Assembly (NCBI GenBank): GCA_023819035.1
Contig: JAMWCL010000001.1
Span: 66,441 to 130,440, forward strand
Reading direction: 5' to 3'
Origin: Candidatus Omnitrophota bacterium
Lineage (GTDB): Bacteria > Omnitrophota > Gorgyraeia > Gygaellales > Profunditerraquicolaceae
DNA: 64,000 bases
A program made the position numbers and the translations under genes. The notes beneath the pieces were generated by a model. The model did no database searches and was not told the origin of the DNA. It saw only the letters and a list, made by a program, of their open reading frames with translations. Positions 1 to 9,180 of the stretch are shown piece by piece. Positions within the stretch are counted from its first letter, which is position 1, and each line of letters opens with the position of its first letter.

Positions 1-510
1 ATCCTCCAATTCAGTATAAGTAGGATTAAGAATAAAATTATTTTTTATCCTGCCTACCCGACAACAACCCAGAGGACCATTGAAGGGGATATCTGAAATA
101 GATAAGGCTGCAGATGCACCGATTACGGAAATGACATCCGGATCATTTTCTCCATCGCTAGATAAGACAATGGCCATAATTTGAACCTCATTAAATATAC
201 CTTTAGGGAAAAGGGGTCTTATAGGCCGGTCAATAAGGCGAGCGGTTAAGATCTCATTTTCGGATGGTTTGCCTTCTCTCTTAAAGAATCCTCCAGGGAT
301 TCTACCTGCAGCATAGGTTTTTTCTTGATATTCTACTGTCAAAGGAAAAAAATCCTTATCTTCCTTGGGCTCCTTTGACATACAACAGGTAACCAGCACT
401 ACCGTTCCCCCATATTGAACTGTGACCGAACCATTAGCCTGCCTGGCAATTCTGCCTGTTTCTAAGATTAAATCATTATTCCCAAATCTTATTTTGCTGA
501 TACTATCCAT
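1..510 (-). CDS. pnp: Polyribonucleotide nucleotidyltransferase (PNPase), 5' part, runs off the window edge
   Basis: Manual translation from ATG at 510: [40 protein letters not shown]...[47 protein letters not shown]; directly downstream of rpsO. Not in the ORF track. Confidence 0.97.
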   Translation of the reverse strand, partial: MDSISKIRFGNNDLILETGRIARQANGSVTVQYGGTVVLVTCCMSKEPKEDKDFFPLTVEYQEKTYAAGRIPGGFFKREGKPSENEILTARLIDRPIRPLFPKGIFNEVQIMAIVLSSDGENDPDVISVIGASAALSISDIPFNGPLGCCRVGRIKNNFILNPTYTELED

Positions 511-534
511 AGTAGGTTTTACTAAAAATAGGTT

Positions 535-804
535 TTACTTTTTTAAATGCAACTTATTTACTATCTCTTCGTATCTTTTGATATCCTTATTCTTAAGATA
601 ATTTAAGAATTTTCTCCGTCTACCCACAAGGACAAGCAGACCGCGTCGAGAACTGAAATCTTTTTTATGGCGCTTAAAATGTTCGGTAAGATTATTAATT
701 CTTTCTGTCAAAAGGGCAATCTGCACCTCTGCAGATCCCGTATCTCTACTGTGGATTTTAAAAGCATCGATGATTTTTCTCTTTTTTTCTTGCAGTAACT
801 CCAA
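535..804 (-). CDS. rpsO: 30S ribosomal protein S15
   Basis: [37 protein letters not shown] motif; TTG start 7 nt after a perfect SD AAGGAGGTG (812-820). Confidence 0.98.
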   Translation of the reverse strand: MELLQEKKRKIIDAFKIHSRDTGSAEVQIALLTERINNLTEHFKRHKKDFSSRRGLLVLVGRRRKFLNYLKNKDIKRYEEIVNKLHLKK

Positions 805-834
805 TTTTACTCACCTCCTTTTTTCAAAAATTTT

Positions 835-863
835 ATTATACGCTACTTTCTTTAATAAGTCAA
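835..863 (-). promoter_or_regulatory. Sigma70-type promoter for rpsO-pnp
   Basis: TTGACT (863-858), 17 nt spacer, TATAAT (840-835) on the minus strand. Confidence 0.8.
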
Positions 864-878
864 TATTCATATCTTTAA

Positions 879-1688
879 TTATTTAGAAAGACTTGCTAAA
901 AAATCTTGAACCTTCTGTCTTAATAAAGTTTCAGATTCAAAAAAACAAAGATTATGACTACCTCGAATAGTAAAAAATTCTTTCGGTGTAGGTGCAGCCT
1001 GATAAAGCCTTTGACTCAATTTATAAGGAACAATTTCATCATCAAGACTATGGATAATAAGTTTAGGTATATTTATGGATTTTATCTTATTTATAGAATC
1101 AAAACGTACAGAAAAAACCCAATAGGGAACAAAAGGATAAATATGTCTTGCCATATCCCTTGCACAACTGAACCCGCCCTCTAAGATTAAGGCAGCCATT
1201 TTATAACGAGATGCTAAGTCAATAATCACCGCGCTTCCAATCGACTCACCATAACCGATAACCCAGGAACCAGTTATACCAGTAAAAGCCAGATGATTAT
1301 AGGCTGACTCAGCATCAAGATAAAGCCCTTTCTCCGAAGGAGAGCCTTCACTTTGGCCATAGCCCCGGTAATCAAAAATAAAGACATTACATCCTAATTG
1401 ATGAAAGAAAAGAATCTTTTCTAGACGATGACTAATATTTCCCGCATTACCATGACAAAAAAGAATAGTGTAGTTTGCACCATCAGAGGGTATAAACCAA
1501 CCATGGAGTCTTAAACCATCCTCGGTCTTAAAAAAACAATCTTTAAAATTAAGACCAACATCTTTGGGAAAAAATTCTAACTTAGCATCGGGATAGAAGA
1601 TCGCCCGCTTCTCAAGCCATCGGAAATAAATAATAAGCAAAATAAAAACAAAGATTAATAATAAGAAACTATTCGGTCTTATTACCAT
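879..1688 (-). CDS. Membrane-anchored alpha/beta hydrolase (ABHD13/YfhR-like)
   Basis: N-terminal TM helix, HGNAGNI, FDYRGYG, GESIG nucleophile elbow, HSLDDEIVP, GSHN. Confidence 0.88.
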   Translation of the reverse strand: MVIRPNSFLLLIFVFILLIIYFRWLEKRAIFYPDAKLEFFPKDVGLNFKDCFFKTEDGLRLHGWFIPSDGANYTILFCHGNAGNISHRLEKILFFHQLGCNVFIFDYRGYGQSEGSPSEKGLYLDAESAYNHLAFTGITGSWVIGYGESIGSAVIIDLASRYKMAALILEGGFSCARDMARHIYPFVPYWVFSVRFDSINKIKSINIPKLIIHSLDDEIVPYKLSQRLYQAAPTPKEFFTIRGSHNLCFFESETLLRQKVQDFLASLSK

Positions 1689-1758
1689 TATTATTTGCCT
1701 AATAATTTATTAATTTCTAAAATCACCGATACTTAAAAAATAAAACATTAATTCTTTT

Positions 1759-4665
1759 TTATCTTAACAGTCTAAATGAACAAATCTGATTGTAAGCACA
1801 ATAGGTGCATGATATATAAGAGGGAGTGGCAGAAAAATTAGCTTTTCTTATACCCTCAGAAACCTCTCTGATTATTTTTTTTACTTTCTCTAAATCTTGA
1901 TCTTTAACCTGGTAACTTCCAATAAGCCCAGATTCTAAGAAATAAAGCTGTACTAACTTAGGTAACTTGCCAAAAATACTTTTATAAGCAAAGGCATAAA
2001 TTAAAAGCTGTAGACTTTCCTTAGCACGTTTATCTGCTTCCTTCTGTTTATTTAATTCCGAGGTTTTAAAATCCATAATAATTGCCCCATCCTCTTTTAT
2101 ATCAATACGGTCAAATCTACCTGTAATTCTATTATTCTCAAAAAGAAAGGAAAACTCCTTCTCAACATATAAAGGTTGACTGTTGCGTTTCTTTTCTTCA
2201 TTAAAAAATCTTACCAATGTTTGCTGACCAACCCGAAAACGCTCTTGCTGATGCTCTTCATCAATAAAACCCTGTGGGATGAAGTTTTGTTTAAAGATAT
2301 CTAAAAGTTCAGATAATTCCATTTCTTTACCCATGAGTTTATATTGAAAGTACTTAGTAACCGCCTCATGCATTGCCTTACCATATATTACTGTATGATG
2401 CTCCATAATCGGCACGTGAAGAATATGCACATACATATATTTTAAAGGGCAAGTAATATAGTCATCTATCTGATAATAACTTAAATTTAAAATCTCATCC
2501 CAAGAAATCTGTTTTAATATCTTCGTCTTTAAGATCTTGACGGGTGCAAAATGTTTAATTGTTTCAAGCGGGGCGATCTTTTGACTTTCTTTTTCTATTC
2601 TTGCCTTACCTAAGGCTTCAATCACAAATTGGCTTACCTGTCTTAACCTGACCCCTCCATAATCAACTGCAGAGGTAAAATACAACTCTTCTTTCGCGCG
2701 GGTCATACCCACATAGAAAAGTCGACGCTCTTCTTGAATATGGAAATCCCCGCTAGGCAGGATTTCTTTGATTAAAGCATCAGGTAGTTCAATAGGCTGT
2801 CGGCGATGAGGAACGGGAAACTTTCCATTTACTAAATTAACTAAAAATACAACCCTAAATTCTAATCCCTTTGCTTTATGGATAGTAAGGACATTTACTA
2901 CATCATTACCTAATTCTAAATCCTGCGTTTCTGGGTCATCACCTGCTTCTATTAATAGATCCAAATGATTCACAAAATTGATTACACGGTCCTCCTTGGC
3001 TAAAAACTCGAAATCGCGGACAATATTAAAAAACTTAGCTATATTTTGAATCTTAACCTCATTTTCTAAGTTAATCTTTTTAGTCAATCTTTTTAAAAAC
3101 CCTGTTTCTGTTAAAAACTTATAAAGTAACCTTCCGGTCGTTTGCTGACGGGAAATCTCAAAGAATCTTTCCAATTCAAATAATATCTTATCGATCTTTT
3201 TACGTGAGACTTGACTTACCTCAGATAACTCAGGGATCTTATCCAGGTTTTTAAAAACCGAATAAAGAGGTTTATTCCTTATCTTGGCGTAGTGCATACA
3301 TAGACTTAAATCAAAATGATCTATGTTATAAATCTGACTATTTAGAAGATAATACAAGCTTAAAGAATTTAAAGGATCAGCCATAAATTTTAAAAAATGG
3401 ATACAAAGTTTCACCTCATCCTTAGAATAAAGACCTTGGGCACCGCTAAACTGCCAGGGAATGCCCTGCATATTCATCGCTTGGAGAAATCCTTGTGCAT
3501 CAGAATTAGAACGCACCAGAATCGCAAAATCACCAAATTTATATTTCTTGGTCTTTACCTTATTCTTAATTGTCCCTGCTACCCAATCCGCCTCAGAGGA
3601 GTGATTATCAAAATGTTTATGAATGGGAGGTAGACCCTTTTCTGATAAAGCAATGAGCTTCTTATTGATTCCTGATTTAACCTCAAAACGTTCAGGATTA
3701 TTATATTGAATAAGCTGATAGGCGCTATCAAGAATCATTTGATTTGAGCGATAATTACGGATAAGACTAATCTTTTTACTTTCGGGAAATGCCTCCATAA
3801 AATTTAAGACATTACTGTAAGCTGCTCCTCGCCAACGATAGATAGATTGATCATCGTCGGCTACGACAGTGATATTTTTATGTTCCTCAGCCAAAAGTTT
3901 TACCATCTGAAATTGAGCAAAGTTTGTATCCTGAAATTCATCTACAAGTATAAACTTAAATTGTTTCTGGTATCTTTTTAAAATAAAGGGGTGCTCTCTT
4001 AAAAGCTTTAATGCCAGATAAAACTGATTACCAAAATCAATTAAACCATGCTTTGCCAGAAGCTCCTGATACTTATTATAGGCAGAGGCAATCTCCATCT
4101 GTTTTAGTGCTTCTTCAAGCAATGCTTCATCCGATGTCTCTTTAGCTTTAAGCATTAATTGTTGTGCGTATTGATAGTATTGCTGAGGTGAGACATCCTC
4201 ATCCTTTGCTCGACTAAAAACCGAGATTAAAGCTTCGATAAAACGCGTAGGTTCGGATAAAGGCCGATAATAATTGAGAGCAAACTCAAATAGATGCTCA
4301 CGGAAAAAAACCATTGCCTCAGCACGCGTAAGAACCTGGAAATCAGGGTTTAAACCCACCTCTAAGGCATTCTCACGCAGGATTCTATCCCCAAAAGCAT
4401 GAAAGGTCATTATCCAAATATCGGTGTAACCGTAAGGGACAAGCACATCTACTCGCTCAAGCATCTGAAGGGATGCCTTATCAGTAAAGGTAAGTGCTAA
4501 AATCTCATTGGTCTTAGCTAAACCTTCCGATAAGAGCCAGGCAATCCGATGGGTAATTACAGTGGTCTTACCTGTGCCTGCTCCCGCAATGATTAACAAA
4601 GGTCCTTCCCGATGCGTAACCGCCTCTTTCTGTTCTGGGTTTAACCCCTCTAAAACATTAATCAT
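1759..4665 (-). CDS. UvrD/PcrA-family helicase fused to a C-terminal RecB-family PD-(D/E)XK nuclease with probable 4Fe-4S cysteines
   Basis: AGAGTGKT, DEFQD, DDDQSIYRWRGA, NYRS, TIHKAKGLEF, EERRLFYVGMTRA; C-terminal GRFDRID..DFKT..QLLIY; cysteines in CPLKY and CTYC..IC. Confidence 0.9.
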   Translation of the reverse strand: MINVLEGLNPEQKEAVTHREGPLLIIAGAGTGKTTVITHRIAWLLSEGLAKTNEILALTFTDKASLQMLERVDVLVPYGYTDIWIMTFHAFGDRILRENALEVGLNPDFQVLTRAEAMVFFREHLFEFALNYYRPLSEPTRFIEALISVFSRAKDEDVSPQQYYQYAQQLMLKAKETSDEALLEEALKQMEIASAYNKYQELLAKHGLIDFGNQFYLALKLLREHPFILKRYQKQFKFILVDEFQDTNFAQFQMVKLLAEEHKNITVVADDDQSIYRWRGAAYSNVLNFMEAFPESKKISLIRNYRSNQMILDSAYQLIQYNNPERFEVKSGINKKLIALSEKGLPPIHKHFDNHSSEADWVAGTIKNKVKTKKYKFGDFAILVRSNSDAQGFLQAMNMQGIPWQFSGAQGLYSKDEVKLCIHFLKFMADPLNSLSLYYLLNSQIYNIDHFDLSLCMHYAKIRNKPLYSVFKNLDKIPELSEVSQVSRKKIDKILFELERFFEISRQQTTGRLLYKFLTETGFLKRLTKKINLENEVKIQNIAKFFNIVRDFEFLAKEDRVINFVNHLDLLIEAGDDPETQDLELGNDVVNVLTIHKAKGLEFRVVFLVNLVNGKFPVPHRRQPIELPDALIKEILPSGDFHIQEERRLFYVGMTRAKEELYFTSAVDYGGVRLRQVSQFVIEALGKARIEKESQKIAPLETIKHFAPVKILKTKILKQISWDEILNLSYYQIDDYITCPLKYMYVHILHVPIMEHHTVIYGKAMHEAVTKYFQYKLMGKEMELSELLDIFKQNFIPQGFIDEEHQQERFRVGQQTLVRFFNEEKKRNSQPLYVEKEFSFLFENNRITGRFDRIDIKEDGAIIMDFKTSELNKQKEADKRAKESLQLLIYAFAYKSIFGKLPKLVQLYFLESGLIGSYQVKDQDLEKVKKIIREVSEGIRKANFSATPSYISCTYCAYNQICSFRLLR

Positions 4666-4677
4666 CTTAATTATTCC

Positions 4678-4705
4678 TTGACAATAAATTATTTTCTAAT
4701 ATACT
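4678..4705 (+). promoter_or_regulatory. Sigma70-type promoter for rpmB
   Basis: TTGACA (4678-4683), 16 nt spacer, TATACT (4700-4705); SD AAGGAG at 4718-4723. Confidence 0.75.
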
Positions 4706-4729
4706 AATTTAATCTGCAAGGAGCCAGAT

Positions 4730-4960
4730 ATGCTTAAAAAATGTACCTTTTGTGGAAAGGGCACGCTTACCGGAAAAGTGGTAACCCGTAAGGGACTTGC
4801 CAAGAGTAAAGGTGGCACGGGTAGTAAAATAGCCCGTTCCTCTAAACGCAAATTTTTCCCCAATCTCCAAAAAATGCGTATCCTTATTAACCAGCATCCT
4901 CAAACTGTTTATCTCTGCGCAAAGTGTATCAAAAAAGGCAATTTCCAAAAGATTATCTAA
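4730..4960 (+). CDS. rpmB: 50S ribosomal protein L28 (Zn-binding, PVC-type)
   Basis: CxxCGK...RKGLAKSKGGTGSKI..SKRKFFPNLQ...CAKCIK; SD and promoter present; the only plus-strand gene. Confidence 0.95.
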   Translation: MLKKCTFCGKGTLTGKVVTRKGLAKSKGGTGSKIARSSKRKFFPNLQKMRILINQHPQTVYLCAKCIKKGNFQKII

Positions 4961-6644
4961 AAAATATCTCTTTTATCTCCAAAAGAAGATCTGTCCTATC
5001 CTCCCAAACGTCTAAGCCAACAGTATAAACTAAATCTAAAGAATCTGCATTTAAAAGATAGGTATTGAGACATTCCATACCAAACCCTATTGCTGGATAA
5101 GTGACCATGCCGTCAGTAACCCATAATTTTATGGTGTCCTTACCAAGTATCTGAGGCTTACTTTTTAAGCTAAGGCCACGCGTATAAAATAAAACCTGCG
5201 GATTACCCACTCCATAGGGTTGTAAACTTTCTAATTCTTTAGCTAAAGATTCATTTAAATCGGAAAGCTTTATTTCCATATCTATATCTAAACTAGGAAT
5301 TAAATCCTCACCACTAAGCCATTCATTAGCTAAACGATTAATCGTATCTTTAAAATCAAATATTTTATCTTCAGCAATTAAAAGTCCCGCTGCATGACTG
5401 TGTCCGCCAAATGTACTTAAAAATTCCTTGCATTCTAAAAGCGCTTGGAAAAGATGAAAATTCTTTATTGAACGGCCTGAACCTCTACATAAACCAGGGG
5501 TTTTAGAGATTACAATCGCGGGTCGATGAAACCTATCTACTATCTTTGAGGCAACTATCCCCAAGACGCCCTGATGCCAGTTTTCTTTAGCAAGCACAAT
5601 TACCTTATCCTCGTTAAAATTAATCTCTTTCTCAATTAAAGAGTGTGCCTCTTCTAATATCTGATTTTCTATCTTCTGACGCTGACGATTATAAAGCTCC
5701 AACCGCTCAGCTAATCTATCTGCTTCCTCTTCATCTTGACTTAATAAAAGATCTAAAGAAGTCTGCGCGGTATCTAAGCGACCACTGGCATTTATCCGAG
5801 GACCTAAAATATAACTGATCGATTCGGTATCAAGGCGCATATTTTTTAACCTACTTTTTTTCTTTAAAGCCTTAAGCCCGGGATGATTAGTTTGAGCAAG
5901 TCGAAGTAACCCTTCCTTTACCATAACGCGATTCTCACTTAACAAAGGAACCGCATCCGCTACTGTACCCAAACAGACTAGCTCTAACTTATCAAATAAG
6001 TCCTCTTCGCTTAAGGCCTGACAGAATTTATAAACTACCCCTACCCCTGCTAAATCCTTATAAGGGTAGCCGGATTCTTTAAGTTTAGGGTTAAGTATGG
6101 CTGAAGCAGTAGAAGGCCTGGTTTCATCTTTAGGTTGATGATGGTCGGTAATTATTACCTCGATATTATCTTTTCTTAACTGTTCTATTTGTTCATAATC
6201 GTTTGTGCCGCAGTCAGCAGTAATGAGAACCTTAACATTTTTCTGCTTAGCAAACTCAATAATATTTCTATTTAAACCATATCCTTCTTTGATCCGATGA
6301 GGTAAATAATAGATTACCTCTAACCCCATCCTTGAAAGGGTTTCTTTTAATATTGCCAAGGAAGTCAATCCATCGGCATCATAATCACCGAAGATCATTA
6401 CCTTAAACTTATCTTTTACTGCCTTTTTGATGAGATTGACCGCCTTAGGCATCTCGGAAAATAAATAGGAGCTTAAAAGATAATTTAACTTAGGGTTCAA
6501 GAATCTTTCTGCTTCCTCTATATCTTTTATTCCCCGGTTAATCAAAATATTAGCCATAATCTTTGAAATCTTTAAGGCCTTGGTTAATTCTTCTTGTAGC
6601 TCTAAGTTTATCGGAGCAATGTTTAAAATCTTGCGCTTATACAT
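4953..6644 (-). CDS. recJ: ssDNA-specific exonuclease RecJ
   Basis: GDYDADG, EGYGLN, TADCG, TDHH, GTVADAVPL, PRINASGR, GSGRS, GGHSHAAG. Confidence 0.96.
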   Translation of the reverse strand: MYKRKILNIAPINLELQEELTKALKISKIMANILINRGIKDIEEAERFLNPKLNYLLSSYLFSEMPKAVNLIKKAVKDKFKVMIFGDYDADGLTSLAILKETLSRMGLEVIYYLPHRIKEGYGLNRNIIEFAKQKNVKVLITADCGTNDYEQIEQLRKDNIEVIITDHHQPKDETRPSTASAILNPKLKESGYPYKDLAGVGVVYKFCQALSEEDLFDKLELVCLGTVADAVPLLSENRVMVKEGLLRLAQTNHPGLKALKKKSRLKNMRLDTESISYILGPRINASGRLDTAQTSLDLLLSQDEEEADRLAERLELYNRQRQKIENQILEEAHSLIEKEINFNEDKVIVLAKENWHQGVLGIVASKIVDRFHRPAIVISKTPGLCRGSGRSIKNFHLFQALLECKEFLSTFGGHSHAAGLLIAEDKIFDFKDTINRLANEWLSGEDLIPSLDIDMEIKLSDLNESLAKELESLQPYGVGNPQVLFYTRGLSLKSKPQILGKDTIKLWVTDGMVTYPAIGFGMECLNTYLLNADSLDLVYTVGLDVWEDRTDLLLEIKEIFFR

Positions 6645-6651
6645 ATAAAAC

Positions 6652-8289
6652 CTACATTTTTTCAGGACAGGTTAGACCTAACAATTCCAAACCGCAGGCT
6701 AGAACTACCTGGGTTGCTTTAATTAAAGCTAATCGCGTTTTTGTAAGTTTAACATCTACTCCTAATACACGATGGCGATCATAAAATCTATGGAAAAACT
6801 CAGCTACCTCCTTAAGAAATACGGTCAAAGGATAAGGATCAAGATTATCTAAGCAGACGCTTAATACAGAATCAAATCTTACTAATTGTTTAATCAGCTC
6901 TATCTCTTCCTTCTGGGTAAGTAGGGTTAAATCTATATCTTTAAGTTTAATATCTGTATCTGGCTGTCTTAGGATACTGCAGATCCGGGCATGCGCATAT
7001 TGAATATAATAAACAGGATTTTCGGGACTTTGTTTTTTAGCGGCATCCAGGTCAAAATCTAAATGACTTGAGGTCCTCCGCATAAGAAAGAAAAATCTTG
7101 AAGCATCCCTTCCTACCTCATCCATAACCTCTCTTAGGGTTACATATTGGCCTTTTCGGGTTGACATTTCCACAGGTTTTCCATCTTTAAATAAGGTAGC
7201 TAACTGAATAATAATGATGGACAAACTATTAGGGTCTTTTCCTAATGCCTCCACCCCTGCCTTAAGTCGATTAATATATCCGTGATGGTCAGGACCCCAA
7301 AGATTAATTAACCAGCTAAAACCACGTCTATATTTATCCTGGTGATAGGCGAGATCGGGAGCTAGATATGTATAGGAACCATCGCTTTTTACTACCACCC
7401 TATCCTTATCATCACCAAAATCAGTAGATTTAAACCAAATTGCGCCCTCTTTTTCATAAATAAAACCGCGCTGCCTTAAGAAATCTAAAGCCTTTTTTAT
7501 CTTACCGCTTTTTCTTAATGCCTTCTGGCTATACCAGTAATCAAATCTTATCCCAAAATCTTCAAGATCTTTTTTGATTATCCTTAAGATATATCTTACC
7601 GCATAATCACTTAGGTTTTTTATTTTAATTTTGTTTTCCCGTAATTTTTTGGCTATATCATAAATATAATCTCCTTGATAATAATCAGAGGGGTAAGTTA
7701 TCTTTTGGCCTTCTAATTCTTTTATCTTCAACTCTACACTTTTACCGAGAATCTCAATCTGTCTACCCTCATCATTAAGATAGTACTCACGCTTTACCTT
7801 AAAACCTAAAAATGCCAGTATATTTGCTAAGGAATCCCCTACTACTGCCTGCCGTGCGTGAGCAACCGATAAGGGACCGGTGGGATTGGCACTGACAAAT
7901 TCAATAAGCACTTTCTTAGAAAGACCGATATTTTTCTTAAGGGCTTTTTTTTCTTTAATAAATATATCTTTAATTTTTTCATAAAAATATATTTTAGAAA
8001 AATAAAAATTTATAAACCCCTTCCCTTCAACCTTAACTTCTTTTATATATCCCTTTAATGGCGTATCTTCCAAATCTCTCTTAATCTCCTCCACTAAAAA
8101 CCTAGCAATCTCATTAATAGGTTTATTAATATCCTTGGTTAATTGCATAGCCACATTAGTATAAAGATCACCAAAACGACTATCTTTGGGTATCTCTAAG
8201 AGAATATTCTTTTTTTCTATATTTAATCCCAAATTAATTATTGCTTTTTTGATTATAGGAATTAATAATTCTTGGATATCCTTTACCAT
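6652..8289 (-). CDS. argS: Arginine--tRNA ligase
   Basis: EFVSANPTGPLSVAHAR, FGDDKDRV, WGPDHHGY, MSTRKG, YYIQYAHARI. Confidence 0.97.
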   Translation of the reverse strand: MVKDIQELLIPIIKKAIINLGLNIEKKNILLEIPKDSRFGDLYTNVAMQLTKDINKPINEIARFLVEEIKRDLEDTPLKGYIKEVKVEGKGFINFYFSKIYFYEKIKDIFIKEKKALKKNIGLSKKVLIEFVSANPTGPLSVAHARQAVVGDSLANILAFLGFKVKREYYLNDEGRQIEILGKSVELKIKELEGQKITYPSDYYQGDYIYDIAKKLRENKIKIKNLSDYAVRYILRIIKKDLEDFGIRFDYWYSQKALRKSGKIKKALDFLRQRGFIYEKEGAIWFKSTDFGDDKDRVVVKSDGSYTYLAPDLAYHQDKYRRGFSWLINLWGPDHHGYINRLKAGVEALGKDPNSLSIIIIQLATLFKDGKPVEMSTRKGQYVTLREVMDEVGRDASRFFFLMRRTSSHLDFDLDAAKKQSPENPVYYIQYAHARICSILRQPDTDIKLKDIDLTLLTQKEEIELIKQLVRFDSVLSVCLDNLDPYPLTVFLKEVAEFFHRFYDRHRVLGVDVKLTKTRLALIKATQVVLACGLELLGLTCPEKM

Positions 8290-8344
8290 AATTTTTATTT
8301 TGCTTTAGTAAATATATCTTAAAGGAATAATGGCAGGAAACTCA

Positions 8345-8725
8345 TTACTGGAAAGTTTTTACCCTCTCCGTGATCTTATCTCTGGAAACCCTTATCCTTT
8401 TTGCCCCAGACCATAGATGTTCTAGATCATAAAATTCTCTTTTTGGTTTATGGAAGATATGGACTATCACAGAAATATAATCCAGCACAATCCAACCCGA
8501 TTCATCATTGGTTGGAACCTTAGAAAGAGAACTTATACTATCTTTATCTAAATCTTCTTGTATAGCTTGGGCAAGGGCATTTACCTGTCTTAAGGAGGTA
8601 CCACTTAAGATAACAAAATAATCACAAAGGTTTGATACCTGGCGCATATCCAGGATCAGTACCTTCTGTGCTTTTTTGGATTTAGCCACCTTAGATATGC
8701 GTAAGGCTAATGCCTGCGAATCTAT
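8345..8725 (-). CDS. rsfS: Ribosome silencing factor RsfS (Iojap); probable true start is ATA at 8725, not GTG at 8689
   Basis: DYFVILSGTSLRQV, WIVLDY, VHIF..REFYDLEHLW; in-frame extension IDSQALALRISKV follows SD GGGAGG (8740-8735). Identity is confident; the start position is less so. Confidence 0.9.
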   Translation of the reverse strand: MDSQALALRISKVAKSKKAQKVLILDMRQVSNLCDYFVILSGTSLRQVNALAQAIQEDLDKDSISSLSKVPTNDESGWIVLDYISVIVHIFHKPKREFYDLEHLWSGAKRIRVSRDKITERVKTFQ

Positions 8726-8766
8726 TGTTATCTTCCTCCCAGAATATTTATAAATATAAGTCCGCT

Positions 8767-8916
8767 TTATTCTTTCCCTAAAATCTTAAACATAGATGTT
8801 CCACAATCAGGGCATTTACCTTTTACTGCGGTTCGCTTATTCTTTAAAGTAACCTTTTGCTCATCCTTCATCTCTTTTTTCGCCTTGCATTTAACACAAT
8901 ATCCCTTCTGTGCCAT
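8767..8916 (-). CDS. 49-aa basic zinc-ribbon protein (DUF5679-like), missing from the ORF track
   Basis: MAQKGYCVKCKAKKEMKDEQKVTLKNKRTAVKGKCPDCGTSMFKILGKE*; SD AGGAGG at 8926-8921; CxxC...CxxC. Confidence 0.88.
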   Translation of the reverse strand: MAQKGYCVKCKAKKEMKDEQKVTLKNKRTAVKGKCPDCGTSMFKILGKE

Positions 8917-8976
8917 CTTTCCTCCTTATTTAAGATTTTTTATAACTTATTTTTTTCTTTAAGTTAATTATGTTTA

Positions 8977-9005
8977 ATTTTACATAAGATTCTTAATCTT
9001 GTCAA
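8977..9005 (-). promoter_or_regulatory. Sigma70-type promoter for the zinc-ribbon gene-rsfS-argS-recJ unit
   Basis: TTGACA (9005-9000), 17 nt spacer, TAAAAT (8982-8977). Confidence 0.7.
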
Positions 9006-9180
9006 TAAGTTTCAAAAATCTGTGATGTTATAATGCCAATTTGTTAAGGTTAATTGATTGTAGAAATAGAACGCTTTTGAATAAAAAAGAATACCTACTC
9101 TATTCTGTCTAAAATTTTAACATGCTTGCTTAGGAAAGATTTAACATCTTGACCCGTAATCACATCCTTAAAAAATTTTC

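Noticed and set aside
513-539. 11-nt direct repeat TAGGTTTTACT (513-523 and 529-539) between rpsO and pnp
   Set aside because: Only two copies, one including the rpsO stop; most likely a tiny local duplication.
4709-4948. 79-aa minus-strand ORF that would preserve strand uniformity
   Set aside because: It is the antisense shadow of the clearly recognisable L28 gene, which has its own SD and promoter.
8290-8344. Mini-ORF MSFLPLFL* coupled to the rsfS stop upstream of argS
   Set aside because: Eight codons, no Arg codons or attenuator structure; likely chance.
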